Below, one piece after another: positions 1 to 10,247 of a DNA stretch of 64,000 nucleotides. Below the pieces are notes generated by a model. That model was not told the origin of the DNA and ran no database searches. It saw nothing but the letters and a program-made list of their open reading frames with translations. How positions within the stretch are numbered: position 1 is the stretch's first letter; each line of letters opens with the position of its first letter. The stretch comes from a virus. Taxonomy: Duplodnaviria > Caudoviricetes. The translations under genes and the position numbers were made by a program. The DNA lies in IMG/VR virus record IMGVR_UViG_3300020048_000077, positions 24,997 through 88,996 of that record; one strand, given 5' to 3'.

Positions 1-93
1 GAGGAGAGTACTTAAAGATACGTGTTTCTCCGTTAACGGAGGCATCATATCCATACGGAATTCCGTCTTTTTACTTCTTTTTTCTACTCCCAT
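1..93 (-). CDS. Hypothetical protein, truncated by window start
   Basis: ATG at 93 overlapping the helicase stop, open to base 1 (MGVEKRSKKTEFRMDMMPPLTEKHVSLSTLL...). Confidence 0.5.
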   Translation of the reverse strand, partial: MGVEKRSKKTEFRMDMMPPLTEKHVSLSTLL

Positions 94-1292
94 GATATTC
101 TACTTGGATCTGTACTTTTCAATGCATTCCTCAACCATTTCTCCTCCTGTGAATCTTTTACATACACGATGGTGATAAATCCTGTCTTATCAGGATCTGT
201 CGCATCTATACGTACGAATCTTCCAAGCCTCTGGATCATTGTGAGAACCTTACTTGTAAGGCCGCATACGATACCGTGGGCAGCATTAGGAACATCCAGG
301 CCCTGATTCAGAGCTTTTACACTCACAAGACGCTTGCATACTCCGCTTTTGAATTCGGAAAGCGCCTTTCTGTTGTTCTTCACACCGTTCTTCGAATGAT
401 ACATCTGACTTTGAGGTATCGCTTTTGCCAGTTTTTCCACAAAGGCCACATTGCCACCGAATACAAGTGCACGTCCATCGACATCCTCTAACAGTGAAAC
501 TGTCTTAGATATCTTGTTATGTGCCATATCAATGAGTTCTTTGCGTTGCCTTATGGCTCTGTAAAAACCTACTGCGGCAACCATGTCCTCCTTAGGATAT
601 GCTTTAGGATGTTTCATGATTCCTTGGGCCATGTTGAAAGCATCGAAACCGAGCTTGTTCTTCCAATGTCCGAAGTTCCTGTTCACAGTACCGTACAATG
701 CACTTTCCTCAGGTGTGAGATCCACAGCTATGCATCTTATCCTGTATGGGGCCACGAATTCCCGCTCAACACATTCGTCAAGTGAGATCGAGTAGACCAC
801 CGGTGCAAGTTGATGCAGCCTGTTCCTGTAGATAGGATCCTCAGGCTCTGTTGCTGTACAGAACATCAGTGGGCCCTTTACCTTGCTGAAGAAGACATGG
901 CACATGTCAGTCATTCCGAACTGTGCCTCATCTCCTACAACTACGCTGTATCCTTCTGGATCCAATTTTGAAATGGACGCATAGCAATGTGCTTCAACAT
1001 GTTCATTCCAGAATGCATCCCGTCTTTCCTCCTTATCCGTAAAGGACATGAGTTCATCTTTGAACCTGTCCTTCAAGTGATCAAAAGGTACGAGTATGAG
1101 GATCTTCTTTCGTTCATCTCCTTTCCATGTTCTCCAGGCCTTCAATGCTGCTTTCCACATGACCCTGGTCTTTCCAAAGCCTGTACCGGCAAGAACAGAA
1201 CCTCTGAAATTCGCCTTCTCAAGAAGGTTTGCTACAAGTGCCTGTTCAATGTCTCTTTTTGATCTTCCCTTCAGTAATATTCCGTTCGACAT
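84..1292 (-). CDS. Superfamily II (DExD/H-like) helicase
   Basis: Walker A AGTGFGKT, motif II VVGDEAQ, motif III CTAT, motif V ALNQGLDVP, motif VI QRLGRFVR. Confidence 0.9.
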   Translation of the reverse strand: MSNGILLKGRSKRDIEQALVANLLEKANFRGSVLAGTGFGKTRVMWKAALKAWRTWKGDERKKILILVPFDHLKDRFKDELMSFTDKEERRDAFWNEHVEAHCYASISKLDPEGYSVVVGDEAQFGMTDMCHVFFSKVKGPLMFCTATEPEDPIYRNRLHQLAPVVYSISLDECVEREFVAPYRIRCIAVDLTPEESALYGTVNRNFGHWKNKLGFDAFNMAQGIMKHPKAYPKEDMVAAVGFYRAIRQRKELIDMAHNKISKTVSLLEDVDGRALVFGGNVAFVEKLAKAIPQSQMYHSKNGVKNNRKALSEFKSGVCKRLVSVKALNQGLDVPNAAHGIVCGLTSKVLTMIQRLGRFVRIDATDPDKTGFITIVYVKDSQEEKWLRNALKSTDPSRISWE

Positions 1293-1428
1293 GATTTTCG
1301 TTGTTTATGATTGAACTGCAAACAGAGCAGATATACATTCCTCCGAGAGGTTTGAAATGTCTGAGAGGTTTATTATCCTCAATTTCCTCCTGATTATTGC
1401 AGTCAGGACACTTGATTGTTATTTTCAT
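1246..1428 (-). CDS. Small Zn-ribbon protein
   Basis: CPDC...CSVC pairs; ATG overlaps the polymerase TGA (ATGA coupling). Confidence 0.5.
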   Translation of the reverse strand: MKITIKCPDCNNQEEIEDNKPLRHFKPLGGMYICSVCSSIINNENHVERNITEGKIKKRH

Positions 1429-3317
1429 TTCTGCCAACATTTTGAGATCGTTGTATCTGCCTTAAGAAGACCATTGGGAATAACAACAAGAGCTGCGTCT
1501 TCCATCAATTTCGTCAATTCCACTTTCCAGGTTTCAGCAAAGTCCTCCTTTGCTATCGTATCCACCTGATCATGGACGGTGAGCAATAGCTTCACCGGTA
1601 ATTTATGCGTATTTATGAATTTTCTGATCTTAACGAGTGCGTATTTGGTCATGTCCGCAGATGAGCCTTGTATAGGACTGTTCTTTGAGGCACGTTCAAT
1701 AGTGGAAAGAAATTCTCTAACACTATCAGTTTCCACATACCTCAACTTAGGATTCCAACCAGGGAATTCCCTACGTCTTTTGAATGGAGCATACGTTTCC
1801 GCATATCCATTGTCAACTCCGAACTGTCCGAGCTTCTGAAGGAACCCCTTTATTGATGGGAACTCCTTGAAGTACTCCTGAATGAGCGCTTTGGCCTCAG
1901 GTAAAGGTATTTCCACAAGTTCTGACAGCTTTCCGGCTCCACCTCCATAGGCAAGCATGAAGTTTATCGATTTGACCTGTGTCCTTTGCTTCTTATGGGC
2001 CTTACACTCACATTTCTCCTTCTTCATTGTGTAAAGGCAATCCTCTTCCGCAGCATCTGTCCACTTCTTCTTGAAGATGAGTTCAGCGCATACAGAGTGC
2101 AGATCATGTCCGTTCTTCAATGCTTCCAACCATACAGGATCCTGAGAACCATAGGCTATCACATTCAATTCCTGACTTGAAAAGTCTGAACTGACGAATA
2201 CCTCTCCCTCAGATGCTGTAAAACAGTTTCTGAAAATGTTGTCTGCCGGCACCTGCTGCATGTTCGGGTTTGCACTGGAAACACGTCCAGTGTTCAGTAT
2301 CTGTTTGAAATCAGTATGGATTTTTCCATCTGCCCGCAGATTCTTAAGGAATGCCTCACCGTAGGATGATACGACCTTTGCCTGCTCCTTGTATTTCACG
2401 TAGAGGGCTATCAATGGATGTTTGCTCCTATGTAGGTATAGATCCTTCCCATTCACTGACTCAAGTGTAGGAACAACCTTTTTGAAGAGCTTCAATGTCT
2501 GTGTAGGTGATGACCATTGTATCGCAACCTTGCGTACAGGATCTCCGAACAGATCTCCTTGTACATACGCAGGTACGAATGCTGAGAACAGCTGGTCATT
2601 TGCCACGATCTCATCCATTCTTTTCTCGGATGCCTTCATGTCCACTTCTACTCCCTGTCCCACTTTTCTCCAAGCTTCAGAGTTGATGTCCATACCCTCA
2701 AATTCCATGTCTGCAAAAGCAAGTACAACTGCATTCTCAAGTGAGACCACGTTGCCAAGCCTTCTCTGCTTTATGAGGGGGATCTGTTTTTCTCTGATGT
2801 CCAGAAGGTATTCAATATCTTTTGCACCATAAACTATCTGGGCATCGGTGTACGGTCGTCCATCAAGTCTGATGAACTGGTTACGTACGTCCTTTTTGAG
2901 TTCAATTCCGAGGTGTCGGTCGCATAGTGCACCAAGCCCGAATCGAATATCGTTCCTACCACAGTGGTAGACCTGTTCAACAAGCATTGTGTCCCAGACA
3001 CGTTCGAGTACAATCCCTTCGTTCCGTATAAATTTGTAATCGAATTTTGCATTGTGAAGTATCTTTAATATGTTCTCACTCTCAAGTATCTGTTTCAAGG
3101 GTTTCAAAGATTGTACACGTGCGTCTATGACGAACTGCCTTTCCTTGTCACCTATTTGGAGCATGACCACCTTGTTTCCAATGTGATCAAGTCCTGTGGT
3201 TTCAGTGTCGAGTCCAAGTATGGACCTACTACTGCAATATTCCACACACTCTTCAATGCCACACTCCTGTATGTCACTGAAATTCCTTTTTTCTCCTATG
3301 AACCTTATCGTGTCCAT
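1425..3317 (-). CDS. polA: Family A DNA polymerase with 3'-5' exonuclease
   Basis: Exo motifs LDTETTG and HNAKFD; motif A DFSSQEL; motif B RTQVKSINFMLAYG; NSPIQGSSAD; motif C TVHDQV. Confidence 0.95.
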   Translation of the reverse strand: MDTIRFIGEKRNFSDIQECGIEECVEYCSSRSILGLDTETTGLDHIGNKVVMLQIGDKERQFVIDARVQSLKPLKQILESENILKILHNAKFDYKFIRNEGIVLERVWDTMLVEQVYHCGRNDIRFGLGALCDRHLGIELKKDVRNQFIRLDGRPYTDAQIVYGAKDIEYLLDIREKQIPLIKQRRLGNVVSLENAVVLAFADMEFEGMDINSEAWRKVGQGVEVDMKASEKRMDEIVANDQLFSAFVPAYVQGDLFGDPVRKVAIQWSSPTQTLKLFKKVVPTLESVNGKDLYLHRSKHPLIALYVKYKEQAKVVSSYGEAFLKNLRADGKIHTDFKQILNTGRVSSANPNMQQVPADNIFRNCFTASEGEVFVSSDFSSQELNVIAYGSQDPVWLEALKNGHDLHSVCAELIFKKKWTDAAEEDCLYTMKKEKCECKAHKKQRTQVKSINFMLAYGGGAGKLSELVEIPLPEAKALIQEYFKEFPSIKGFLQKLGQFGVDNGYAETYAPFKRRREFPGWNPKLRYVETDSVREFLSTIERASKNSPIQGSSADMTKYALVKIRKFINTHKLPVKLLLTVHDQVDTIAKEDFAETWKVELTKLMEDAALVVIPNGLLKADTTISKCWQK

Positions 3318-3321
3318 AGCG

Positions 3322-4374
3322 TCAATCGTTTCTGAATCCTACACACACTGGAAAACGTGGCAGTCCTTCATCAGTTTCTTGGAAGTATCTTATTTCAGCC
3401 TTTTGACCGATGTACTTCTGCTTGTTCTTGAGAATCCATTCTCTTTCCTCAAAACTGAATTTGAGAGAGGCTTTGAATCCACCTTTGCATACGATTATTC
3501 CCTGTTCAGGACGTCTGTCTGAGGGAATGACATCTACGACCTCTACGGTCATATCCTTAAAATCCTTGAACTTCAATAGATTGGAACTTCTTCCGTTGAT
3601 CTTGTAAGACTCCTTTCCATGTCTTATTATGGTTCCTTCATATCCCTGTACAAGGAATTGCCGGTGCCATTCAATGATGTCCTCTTCACTCTCCACCTTC
3701 CATGTTGGAACGGGTTCAATAAGTGTGAACAATGCTTCACTGAATACTCTCCTAAGCTTCAGGAAACGTTCATGAAAAGGTTCATCTGATACCACATCGT
3801 AGACGTGCATCTTGATCTGTTCTGTTTTTCCCTGTCGATACTTCTTGATAAGGCTCATGTTCTCCTGGAAGGAAAGTCCATGTGCGTACAACTCACCATC
3901 TGGTACAGCTCCGAGAGCCTGTCTGATGTACTTCAACTGATTATGAAGATGTCCTACATTGTCAATCTCCTTACCTGCACGAGATAGAAGAACATCGTCC
4001 TCTATCCCGAGACTTCTCATGCCATCCAACTTAGGCTGGACATAGACCGGGTAGGTCCAATCGATCTTGTGCTTCTCCTTGTTGAACTCCTTTGCAAGCA
4101 TTGGTAGAAGTACAGCCTCTTCCTCTGCTTCTTCACGGGTTCTGAAGTAACCCTCATCGATCTTCTGATTGATCTTTGATGTACACTCAGATACTGCCTG
4201 CTCCTCTGCGGAGGTAGCATTGCTCCTTCCTACATTCTTGGGATGGCACTGAGTCACATTTGTGACCTTCTTACTGGTTCCAATAAGGCCTGATATCTGT
4301 ACTACAGTATCATGCTGTGGAAATATTTCGAGGAAACGTATCTTTCCCTTTGTGTCTTTTTTATAGAGTATCAT
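3322..4374 (-). CDS. ATP-dependent DNA ligase with N-terminal WGR-like extension
   Basis: Motif I QPKLDGMR, DGELY, YDV, EGTIIR, LLKFKDF; C-terminal PRFPV. Confidence 0.92.
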   Translation of the reverse strand: MILYKKDTKGKIRFLEIFPQHDTVVQISGLIGTSKKVTNVTQCHPKNVGRSNATSAEEQAVSECTSKINQKIDEGYFRTREEAEEEAVLLPMLAKEFNKEKHKIDWTYPVYVQPKLDGMRSLGIEDDVLLSRAGKEIDNVGHLHNQLKYIRQALGAVPDGELYAHGLSFQENMSLIKKYRQGKTEQIKMHVYDVVSDEPFHERFLKLRRVFSEALFTLIEPVPTWKVESEEDIIEWHRQFLVQGYEGTIIRHGKESYKINGRSSNLLKFKDFKDMTVEVVDVIPSDRRPEQGIIVCKGGFKASLKFSFEEREWILKNKQKYIGQKAEIRYFQETDEGLPRFPVCVGFRND

Positions 4375-4377
4375 GAC

Positions 4378-4728
4378 TCATCTGTTTGAAAGTGAAAGCC
4401 ATCTTATCGGCCATACTGGGGAAAGATGACTGATCCTGGGAACTGTCCTCAGGACGAATTTTGAAGAACCATAGGGCTCTCCATGCGGTGAAACGTAATA
4501 CAGTCTGAAACTATCAGGTGTGAGCATCAAACGATGCTGTACTCCTTCGATCCTGATGTCCATATCCAATCCACCTACTACCTCAGTGATGCAAAGAATG
4601 TCTGATATTTCTACTACAACATCTCTTTTTCGATCCTGAGATCTTCTACGCTCTGCTACTACTGGAATCTCCTTTTTCATGATCTGGAGTAAGTGAAGAT
4701 AAAGAAAAAAGAGGAGCACCACATACAA
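4378..4728 (-). CDS. Hypothetical protein (start probably MKKEIPV, downstream of the listed start)
   Basis: ORF fills the gap in the same-strand operon. Confidence 0.5.
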   Translation of the reverse strand: MYVVLLFFLYLHLLQIMKKEIPVVAERRRSQDRKRDVVVEISDILCITEVVGGLDMDIRIEGVQHRLMLTPDSFRLYYVSPHGEPYGSSKFVLRTVPRISHLSPVWPIRWLSLSNR

Positions 4729-4762
4729 GATGTAGCGCTCCCCTGTAAAAATGGTCTGGTGA

Positions 4763-5206
4763 TTACTCTCCGGAGAAAGTGACCAACCGGGCCTTCAGAA
4801 CTTTGATCTTCTCCTCGTAAGACTTAACGGTCTCTTTCTGAAACTCATTCGCCTTCTCGATCTGAGATTTCACGTCCTGAACCTTTCTTTCAGCCGATCC
4901 TACCTGGTTAAGGTATTGAGCGATGTAAGCCTTCTGATCGGCATTCGTCTTGATACGGGTCGTATCAACACTTTCGTACGCCTCTTTCACTGCGGCCTCC
5001 GCATCCTTCAGATCGTCATTCAGAGAATCCAATTTCTGCGTGTGCTGAAATGCGACCGATTTCAGGTTGGTTTCCAATGAGACCAGATCTCTCTCAGTTG
5101 CTTTACGGACATGTCCGAAGAATGAGAGAACCTGACCGTCTTCTCCAAGGTTCAAAAATGCGATCACTCGCTGTTCAATTGTCAATGGTGCTCCTACTTT
5201 ACTCAT
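4763..5206 (-). CDS. Coiled-coil hypothetical protein
   Basis: 147 aa, heptad-rich helical composition, AT-rich leader. Confidence 0.7.
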   Translation of the reverse strand: MSKVGAPLTIEQRVIAFLNLGEDGQVLSFFGHVRKATERDLVSLETNLKSVAFQHTQKLDSLNDDLKDAEAAVKEAYESVDTTRIKTNADQKAYIAQYLNQVGSAERKVQDVKSQIEKANEFQKETVKSYEEKIKVLKARLVTFSGE

Positions 5207-5266
5207 GATACTTGTTTTTAATTGTTTATTAATTTGTTTTTGAGTTACATTTTAGCAGTACGACCT

Positions 5267-7867
5267 TTAAATTGTTGTGGTCTTCAACACTATCAACTCA
5301 ATTGCAGGCTCACTCTGAATCACTCTTCCGAGCCGATCCTCCACCATTCCAAAACGACTGATATCCGCACCGTCATGGATCAAGCTGTTCAATCGCTCCC
5401 AATACGCATGCCCTTCAGAAGTATCTTTCCATTTAAACCCATAGGATAGATAATGACATGGTATCAGGGGCTCGACTTCAACAGTGAAAGTGGCATCGAA
5501 GTAAGAACTTGCAGCACTCGCAATATGAGGCGGTAGATTCTTCTGATACCAATCAATGAATTTACATCTCCGTATCTCCAAAGGATCTTCTACAGGAGTT
5601 GATATGATCTCTGCCCATTTACCACCATCATAAATTCCCGTACTCAATACTTTATCTTCAAGCCTGCCACAAGTAGCGATTTTGAATTCCCCGCAGGAAG
5701 TATCAGCATGTCTACTATTATTTCTTGAAGTAGGAATGTATTGGGTTCCTTTAGGGTATCTTCTACGTGCTTCTTCAAGTATCTCTTCCATGCCAATTGT
5801 CCTTACAGGTTCAGGTGCAGGTATCTCATGAGGCAGAGCCCTTCTGCAAACAATAATGCCTCTACCTATATGAACTGGAATATTTTCGAAGGAATCCCAT
5901 TCATCAGATTTTACTGGATTCAAGAGATTTCCAGAAATGGAAGGAACAGAAATATCTCCATAACTTTTACCCAAAGGACGTACACCTACACTTTTGATGA
6001 TTCCAATACATCCGTTATTGGCATGTTTGTAGCCCCATCCACCGGCATCCACCATCACCGCATACTCTCCTACCTTAGGCTCCCACTTTTCTTCTACCGA
6101 TTTCTCAACAGGTGGAACGAATCCCACAGGCATGAGTTCAAAAGCAGGACTCTTATGGACATCTTTTCCATGATATCTTGGGTTTTCAGTACCATCAGAA
6201 ATACCGAATTTATTACATGCTCCCCAATACTCATAGGAATTCTTGGAAGATACGAATTTCAGATAATCTCCTTTATGACAAGGGTAATGCCCTTTAGCAT
6301 GGTCATCTAGACACTTTATATACCTTCCAGTAAGATCTTCTTCTACTTTCATGGTCTTCTTCTTTTCCTGGTCATCGTAGGCTTCCTTAGTTGATGGTTT
6401 GAAATGATCTTCTACACCTTGAGTTGATTGACCGCTTCCTTCACTATATAAGATTCTATAAGAATATTTAGAAGTATCTGTTTTATAAACACCTCCGACT
6501 TTAGTGTAATTACCCCAACCCTCCGGTAACTTGATGCACTCCACATACTCAGGAACAACACTTTCAGTCACCTTCTTAGAATCTTCCAATGACACGAATT
6601 TATTAACTTTGATGCAGGCTTCTAACCAGTGTTTCTCTTCTTCAGTTGCTTTGGTCATGTAAGTTGCAGATGAAAACCTACCCGGATTCCAATAATCTGA
6701 AGAGTTACCTCGGATTGCAATAGCAGAAGAAGATTTGTTTTCAGTACACTTTCCTATAACAGGATCTCTATCGTTCTCACTATAATTATACCTATAAACC
6801 TCTCCCTCAACAAGATCAACAAACTTCAGTCTAACAGGTGCTTTCTCCTCAGCAGACTCTTTCAACACCCACTTTTTGAATTGATCAAAGGTAATCTCTG
6901 TGTATCCTACCTTAATCTCATTCCAATAATCAATGATTTTCTCCCCATCATAATGGTAGTATGAATCTGAATTTCCAGTTAGATTTCGGGGATTACCACT
7001 CCATAATCTGAAACGAGACTGTTTGAGCTTTTCACCTCCTCTGATACACCATTTCTCAGGCAATTCTGTAAGTTCTTTCATAGTAGGTGTTTTATCGACA
7101 TGACCTTCAGGTAAGTATTGTTGAATTCCTGATAGATCTGAAAGTAATTCAAATCTGCAACTTAAACGTGCAAAATTTTTACTAATTCTGAATTTGTATC
7201 CATCACCAAAATCATAAATTTCTTCTGAATAATGCCACTCTGAACCTTGTAATTTTAAGAATTTCTTCCATCCATTAGAAGAAAGAGATGCATACCACTT
7301 TCCAACTTCAAACTGAGGTTCAGTCTTTACGGGTGCTGGAATGTCCTCTTCGAACTCTACAGGTTTAGCAACTATTTTTGCCCAAGTACCCCTATGATAA
7401 ACATTTGGAATCCACTTCAATTCTGAACTTCCCTTAACACATTTACCTTCAAATCCCACATTTTCAATCTGATCAGTAGGATAATAAGGAGTATGTGAAA
7501 CAATCTCATACACCTCCGGAACAGAAGACACACGGACAGGTGTGAACCATGTACCGATGGGATACCTCTCCTTAGCTTCCCTTAGAAGTTTCTCTCCGGG
7601 TGATTCCTCAGGCTTTGAACTTATCTCAGCCCATTTTCCATCCCAATACAGATATCTGTTAAAACTTGTCAGTCCGTATTTTGGATCTTTGTCTATATTC
7701 CAAAGATGGTCCTCAATTTTACTGACAATGTCGTCAGCACTAAATGTAAAATCTGTGTCCACAACTATACACCCTACGTCCTTTTTACTTACATGAGGTG
7801 GATGAAACACAGTACCTACAGGATAGTCTTTCTTTGCCTTTTCAAGCAGTTCTTCTTTTGTTGTCAT
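5267..7867 (-). CDS. 866-aa mosaic repeat protein
   Basis: Three copies of a L(E/R)xA(K/R)xxYPxGT...W(A)xI module plus other short modules such as ELPEKWCIR...ITFDQFKKWV. Confidence 0.8.
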   Translation of the reverse strand: MTTKEELLEKAKKDYPVGTVFHPPHVSKKDVGCIVVDTDFTFSADDIVSKIEDHLWNIDKDPKYGLTSFNRYLYWDGKWAEISSKPEESPGEKLLREAKERYPIGTWFTPVRVSSVPEVYEIVSHTPYYPTDQIENVGFEGKCVKGSSELKWIPNVYHRGTWAKIVAKPVEFEEDIPAPVKTEPQFEVGKWYASLSSNGWKKFLKLQGSEWHYSEEIYDFGDGYKFRISKNFARLSCRFELLSDLSGIQQYLPEGHVDKTPTMKELTELPEKWCIRGGEKLKQSRFRLWSGNPRNLTGNSDSYYHYDGEKIIDYWNEIKVGYTEITFDQFKKWVLKESAEEKAPVRLKFVDLVEGEVYRYNYSENDRDPVIGKCTENKSSSAIAIRGNSSDYWNPGRFSSATYMTKATEEEKHWLEACIKVNKFVSLEDSKKVTESVVPEYVECIKLPEGWGNYTKVGGVYKTDTSKYSYRILYSEGSGQSTQGVEDHFKPSTKEAYDDQEKKKTMKVEEDLTGRYIKCLDDHAKGHYPCHKGDYLKFVSSKNSYEYWGACNKFGISDGTENPRYHGKDVHKSPAFELMPVGFVPPVEKSVEEKWEPKVGEYAVMVDAGGWGYKHANNGCIGIIKSVGVRPLGKSYGDISVPSISGNLLNPVKSDEWDSFENIPVHIGRGIIVCRRALPHEIPAPEPVRTIGMEEILEEARRRYPKGTQYIPTSRNNSRHADTSCGEFKIATCGRLEDKVLSTGIYDGGKWAEIISTPVEDPLEIRRCKFIDWYQKNLPPHIASAASSYFDATFTVEVEPLIPCHYLSYGFKWKDTSEGHAYWERLNSLIHDGADISRFGMVEDRLGRVIQSEPAIELIVLKTTTI

Positions 7868-7871
7868 CTGT

Positions 7872-8129
7872 TTAAGTTTTAGGGTATGCCTTCAAGGCAT
7901 GTACTTTACCATCACCGAAAGGATGAGGCAGTTCTCTGGCAAGAAGTGATGGAAGGTTATCAATAACCTCAAGTTCTCCTTCTTTCCACCAGGCATTCTT
8001 CTCCTTGCCCGGGTTGAGATCTCCAATGAATGTAATAGAGGCCTGTATCTTGCCTCCATCATATTCACCGATCTCTTTTATCAGCGCAAAACCTCCCTTA
8101 GGGGTCTTTACAAAATCCAATGATTTCAT
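7872..8129 (-). CDS. Hypothetical protein
   Basis: 85-aa ORF tightly coupled to the next gene. Confidence 0.65.
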   Translation of the reverse strand: MKSLDFVKTPKGGFALIKEIGEYDGGKIQASITFIGDLNPGKEKNAWWKEGELEVIDNLPSLLARELPHPFGDGKVHALKAYPKT

Positions 8130-8158
8130 GATATTAAATGTGTTTGTAAAATGTTGAG

Positions 8159-8301
8159 TGAGGGATCCAGGACTTGAACCTGGAGAGCGTACTTAGAGTC
8201 AGATTTCATATCGAGGATATCTGTATTCCCTGTTCTGCTTGTAGTTTCCTACGAAGGACAATATCAATAATTGTTGCGTCTACCAATTCCGCCAATCCCC
8301 C
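8159..8301 (-). ncRNA. tRNA-like RNA (Leu/Ser-type D arm) with 74-nt variable region
   Basis: Acceptor GGGGGAT/ATCCCTC; D arm GCG-GAATTGGTAGA-CGC; arm ACAAT-TATTGAT-ATTGT; 74-nt insert; T arm CCAGG-TTCAAGT-CCTGG. Confidence 0.75.
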
Positions 8302-8328
8302 TTGTGCCAGTCTTTCCTGGCAGTCTTT

Positions 8329-9435
8329 TCAATAAGCCAGACTCAAAGAGCTAAGAGTCTTTCTGGCCTCTATGGTTCTTTCCACACGAAGGAAGAGTCC
8401 TTTGAAAGGCTCTTTCTCCAACTTAGAGTTTAACAGTTTCTTTCCTGTATCAGCATCATGCACATGAAGATCTTCCAATGGAATATCCACGAATGAACTA
8501 TGTGCAAGAAGAATGCCTATAGTCTTAGGATTGGCAAGCCGGAACCGATACTCCTTCCTGCCTTTATACCAATCGTAGTGTGGATGATCGTGAGCATTAT
8601 GCGAAACTTTGAATGAAACTGCAGTAGTACCCTTTTCATCCTGTTGCATGAGATTGGAGTTGTAGGTAACTATACCTACCTCAATATTCATGTGTGGAAG
8701 TACCTGATCGAATGTATCCGGATACATGTCCACCACATAGGCGATCTTATCACAGATGTCATAGGACAGATCCGATACCTTCTCAAGAAAGGCTTTGAGA
8801 CGTTCAGGGTCATTGACAGTGGTCTGCTCTTTGATGAAATCCAATGCCACATCCACTGTCAATGGATCGAATTTGAAATCGAAGAGTATGCGACCAGGTC
8901 TGTTGAAAAGGAACTTGGAAAGATTCCTACGTTCATTCACGGTCATCACATTGAATACCTTCACAGCAGTTGTAAGACCGTCAAAGAAAGTAAGCAAATC
9001 TGCGGATGGATCTCCAGCCTTAGTATCAGCCGATGAATAGTTCTTCTCAAATTCATCGAAAAGAAGCATTACAGGCCCTCCTACACATTCAAGGACGGCC
9101 ATAATGATATGCATAGGCTGTCCATTTACAAGAAGAATGGGAAGATCCGTGGCCTTGGCCACATTGAGCGCTGTCTGCGTTTTTCCATTCCCTGAAGTGC
9201 CTGTGAGCATCACTGATGGATTCTTACTGGTGGAACTGTTCCACAATGTGATCATCGTGTCCATTGCCTCCTTCGCAGTACCTGTAAGATTGGGCACTGT
9301 ATGTGGATCAGCAAGCTTCTCCAGATGTATTCCGGCCATTGTCTCCACGATCTGATAAAAACCGAAAGGAAGTTTTGGAAGTAATTTTCCTGAATTGCCG
9401 ATGAGATTGAACGTTGTTCCTTTTTGATAAAGCAT
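8329..9435 (-). CDS. AAA+ ATPase
   Basis: Walker A GTSGNGKT, Walker B LLFDEFEK, Arg finger NRPGRI. Confidence 0.88.
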   Translation of the reverse strand: MLYQKGTTFNLIGNSGKLLPKLPFGFYQIVETMAGIHLEKLADPHTVPNLTGTAKEAMDTMITLWNSSTSKNPSVMLTGTSGNGKTQTALNVAKATDLPILLVNGQPMHIIMAVLECVGGPVMLLFDEFEKNYSSADTKAGDPSADLLTFFDGLTTAVKVFNVMTVNERRNLSKFLFNRPGRILFDFKFDPLTVDVALDFIKEQTTVNDPERLKAFLEKVSDLSYDICDKIAYVVDMYPDTFDQVLPHMNIEVGIVTYNSNLMQQDEKGTTAVSFKVSHNAHDHPHYDWYKGRKEYRFRLANPKTIGILLAHSSFVDIPLEDLHVHDADTGKKLLNSKLEKEPFKGLFLRVERTIEARKTLSSLSLAY

Positions 9436-9497
9436 GATTACTGTTGTTTTAGATTGTTTTTATTACTGGTTTTTAAGCTTCAATCCCAACTGTATAT

Positions 9498-10202
9498 CTA
9501 CTTCATTTTCTGAGTATATCCTACGTTGAACAAGAAGAGTACGTAAATGGCAAGAATGAAGATCACTTCTAATATCCAAAATCTGGTAGATTCCAACAGA
9601 ATTTCAGCTGTCACATTCGGAATGACCTGTCCGAACATGTGGGCATACAGGAATGCACATGCAACTGTTGTGAATGGGAAGGAAAAGAGTGAAAGAATAA
9701 GCGCTGTTCCGAAGGAAATAAACCTGTCCTTTACAACTTCTTTTCTCTTGTAAGGTCCTCTCGATCTGACTACCTTTTCTTTCAGTACCTCTTTAAGAAT
9801 TGCAGGTTCATCCACTTTGTTCTCCACGGTCGGAGTAGCAGTATAAGTGGAAGCCGTTGTTTCTACCGGATCAGAAGACTTTGAAGAAATTCTACCGGCT
9901 GCCTGCGTCTCCTTATACTGATGGATACGTGAAATGATCTCTCTTACCATTTCCGCATTCGGAGCAGTGGGAGATTTCCATACTATACGTCCATCCTTAT
10001 TACCGATGATGCCTCCATTTGTAAGAATAACATATAGCATTCCAGCATCTAAGGAGAGTCCCTTCTCCTTACGCAGATATACAGTGAGATCGTCACGTTT
10101 ATAAAAAATAAGGGTAGGACTTTGAAGTGCAGCATGCATCTCCTTCATTACTTTGGTGTACTTGATTACCATTCTTGGAACGGTGTTTCTCTCTTGTGAC
10201 AT
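9498..10202 (-). CDS. Hypothetical protein with two C-terminal transmembrane segments
   Basis: Start reassigned to ATG 10202 (MSQERNT) because the longer ORF runs through tRNA-Arg; hydrophobic C-terminus. Confidence 0.65.
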   Translation of the reverse strand: MSQERNTVPRMVIKYTKVMKEMHAALQSPTLIFYKRDDLTVYLRKEKGLSLDAGMLYVILTNGGIIGNKDGRIVWKSPTAPNAEMVREIISRIHQYKETQAAGRISSKSSDPVETTASTYTATPTVENKVDEPAILKEVLKEKVVRSRGPYKRKEVVKDRFISFGTALILSLFSFPFTTVACAFLYAHMFGQVIPNVTAEILLESTRFWILEVIFILAIYVLFLFNVGYTQKMK

Positions 10203-10247
10203 GAAAAAAAGGTTTAAGATTAGTGTTTGAACGTGTTTAAAATTTAG

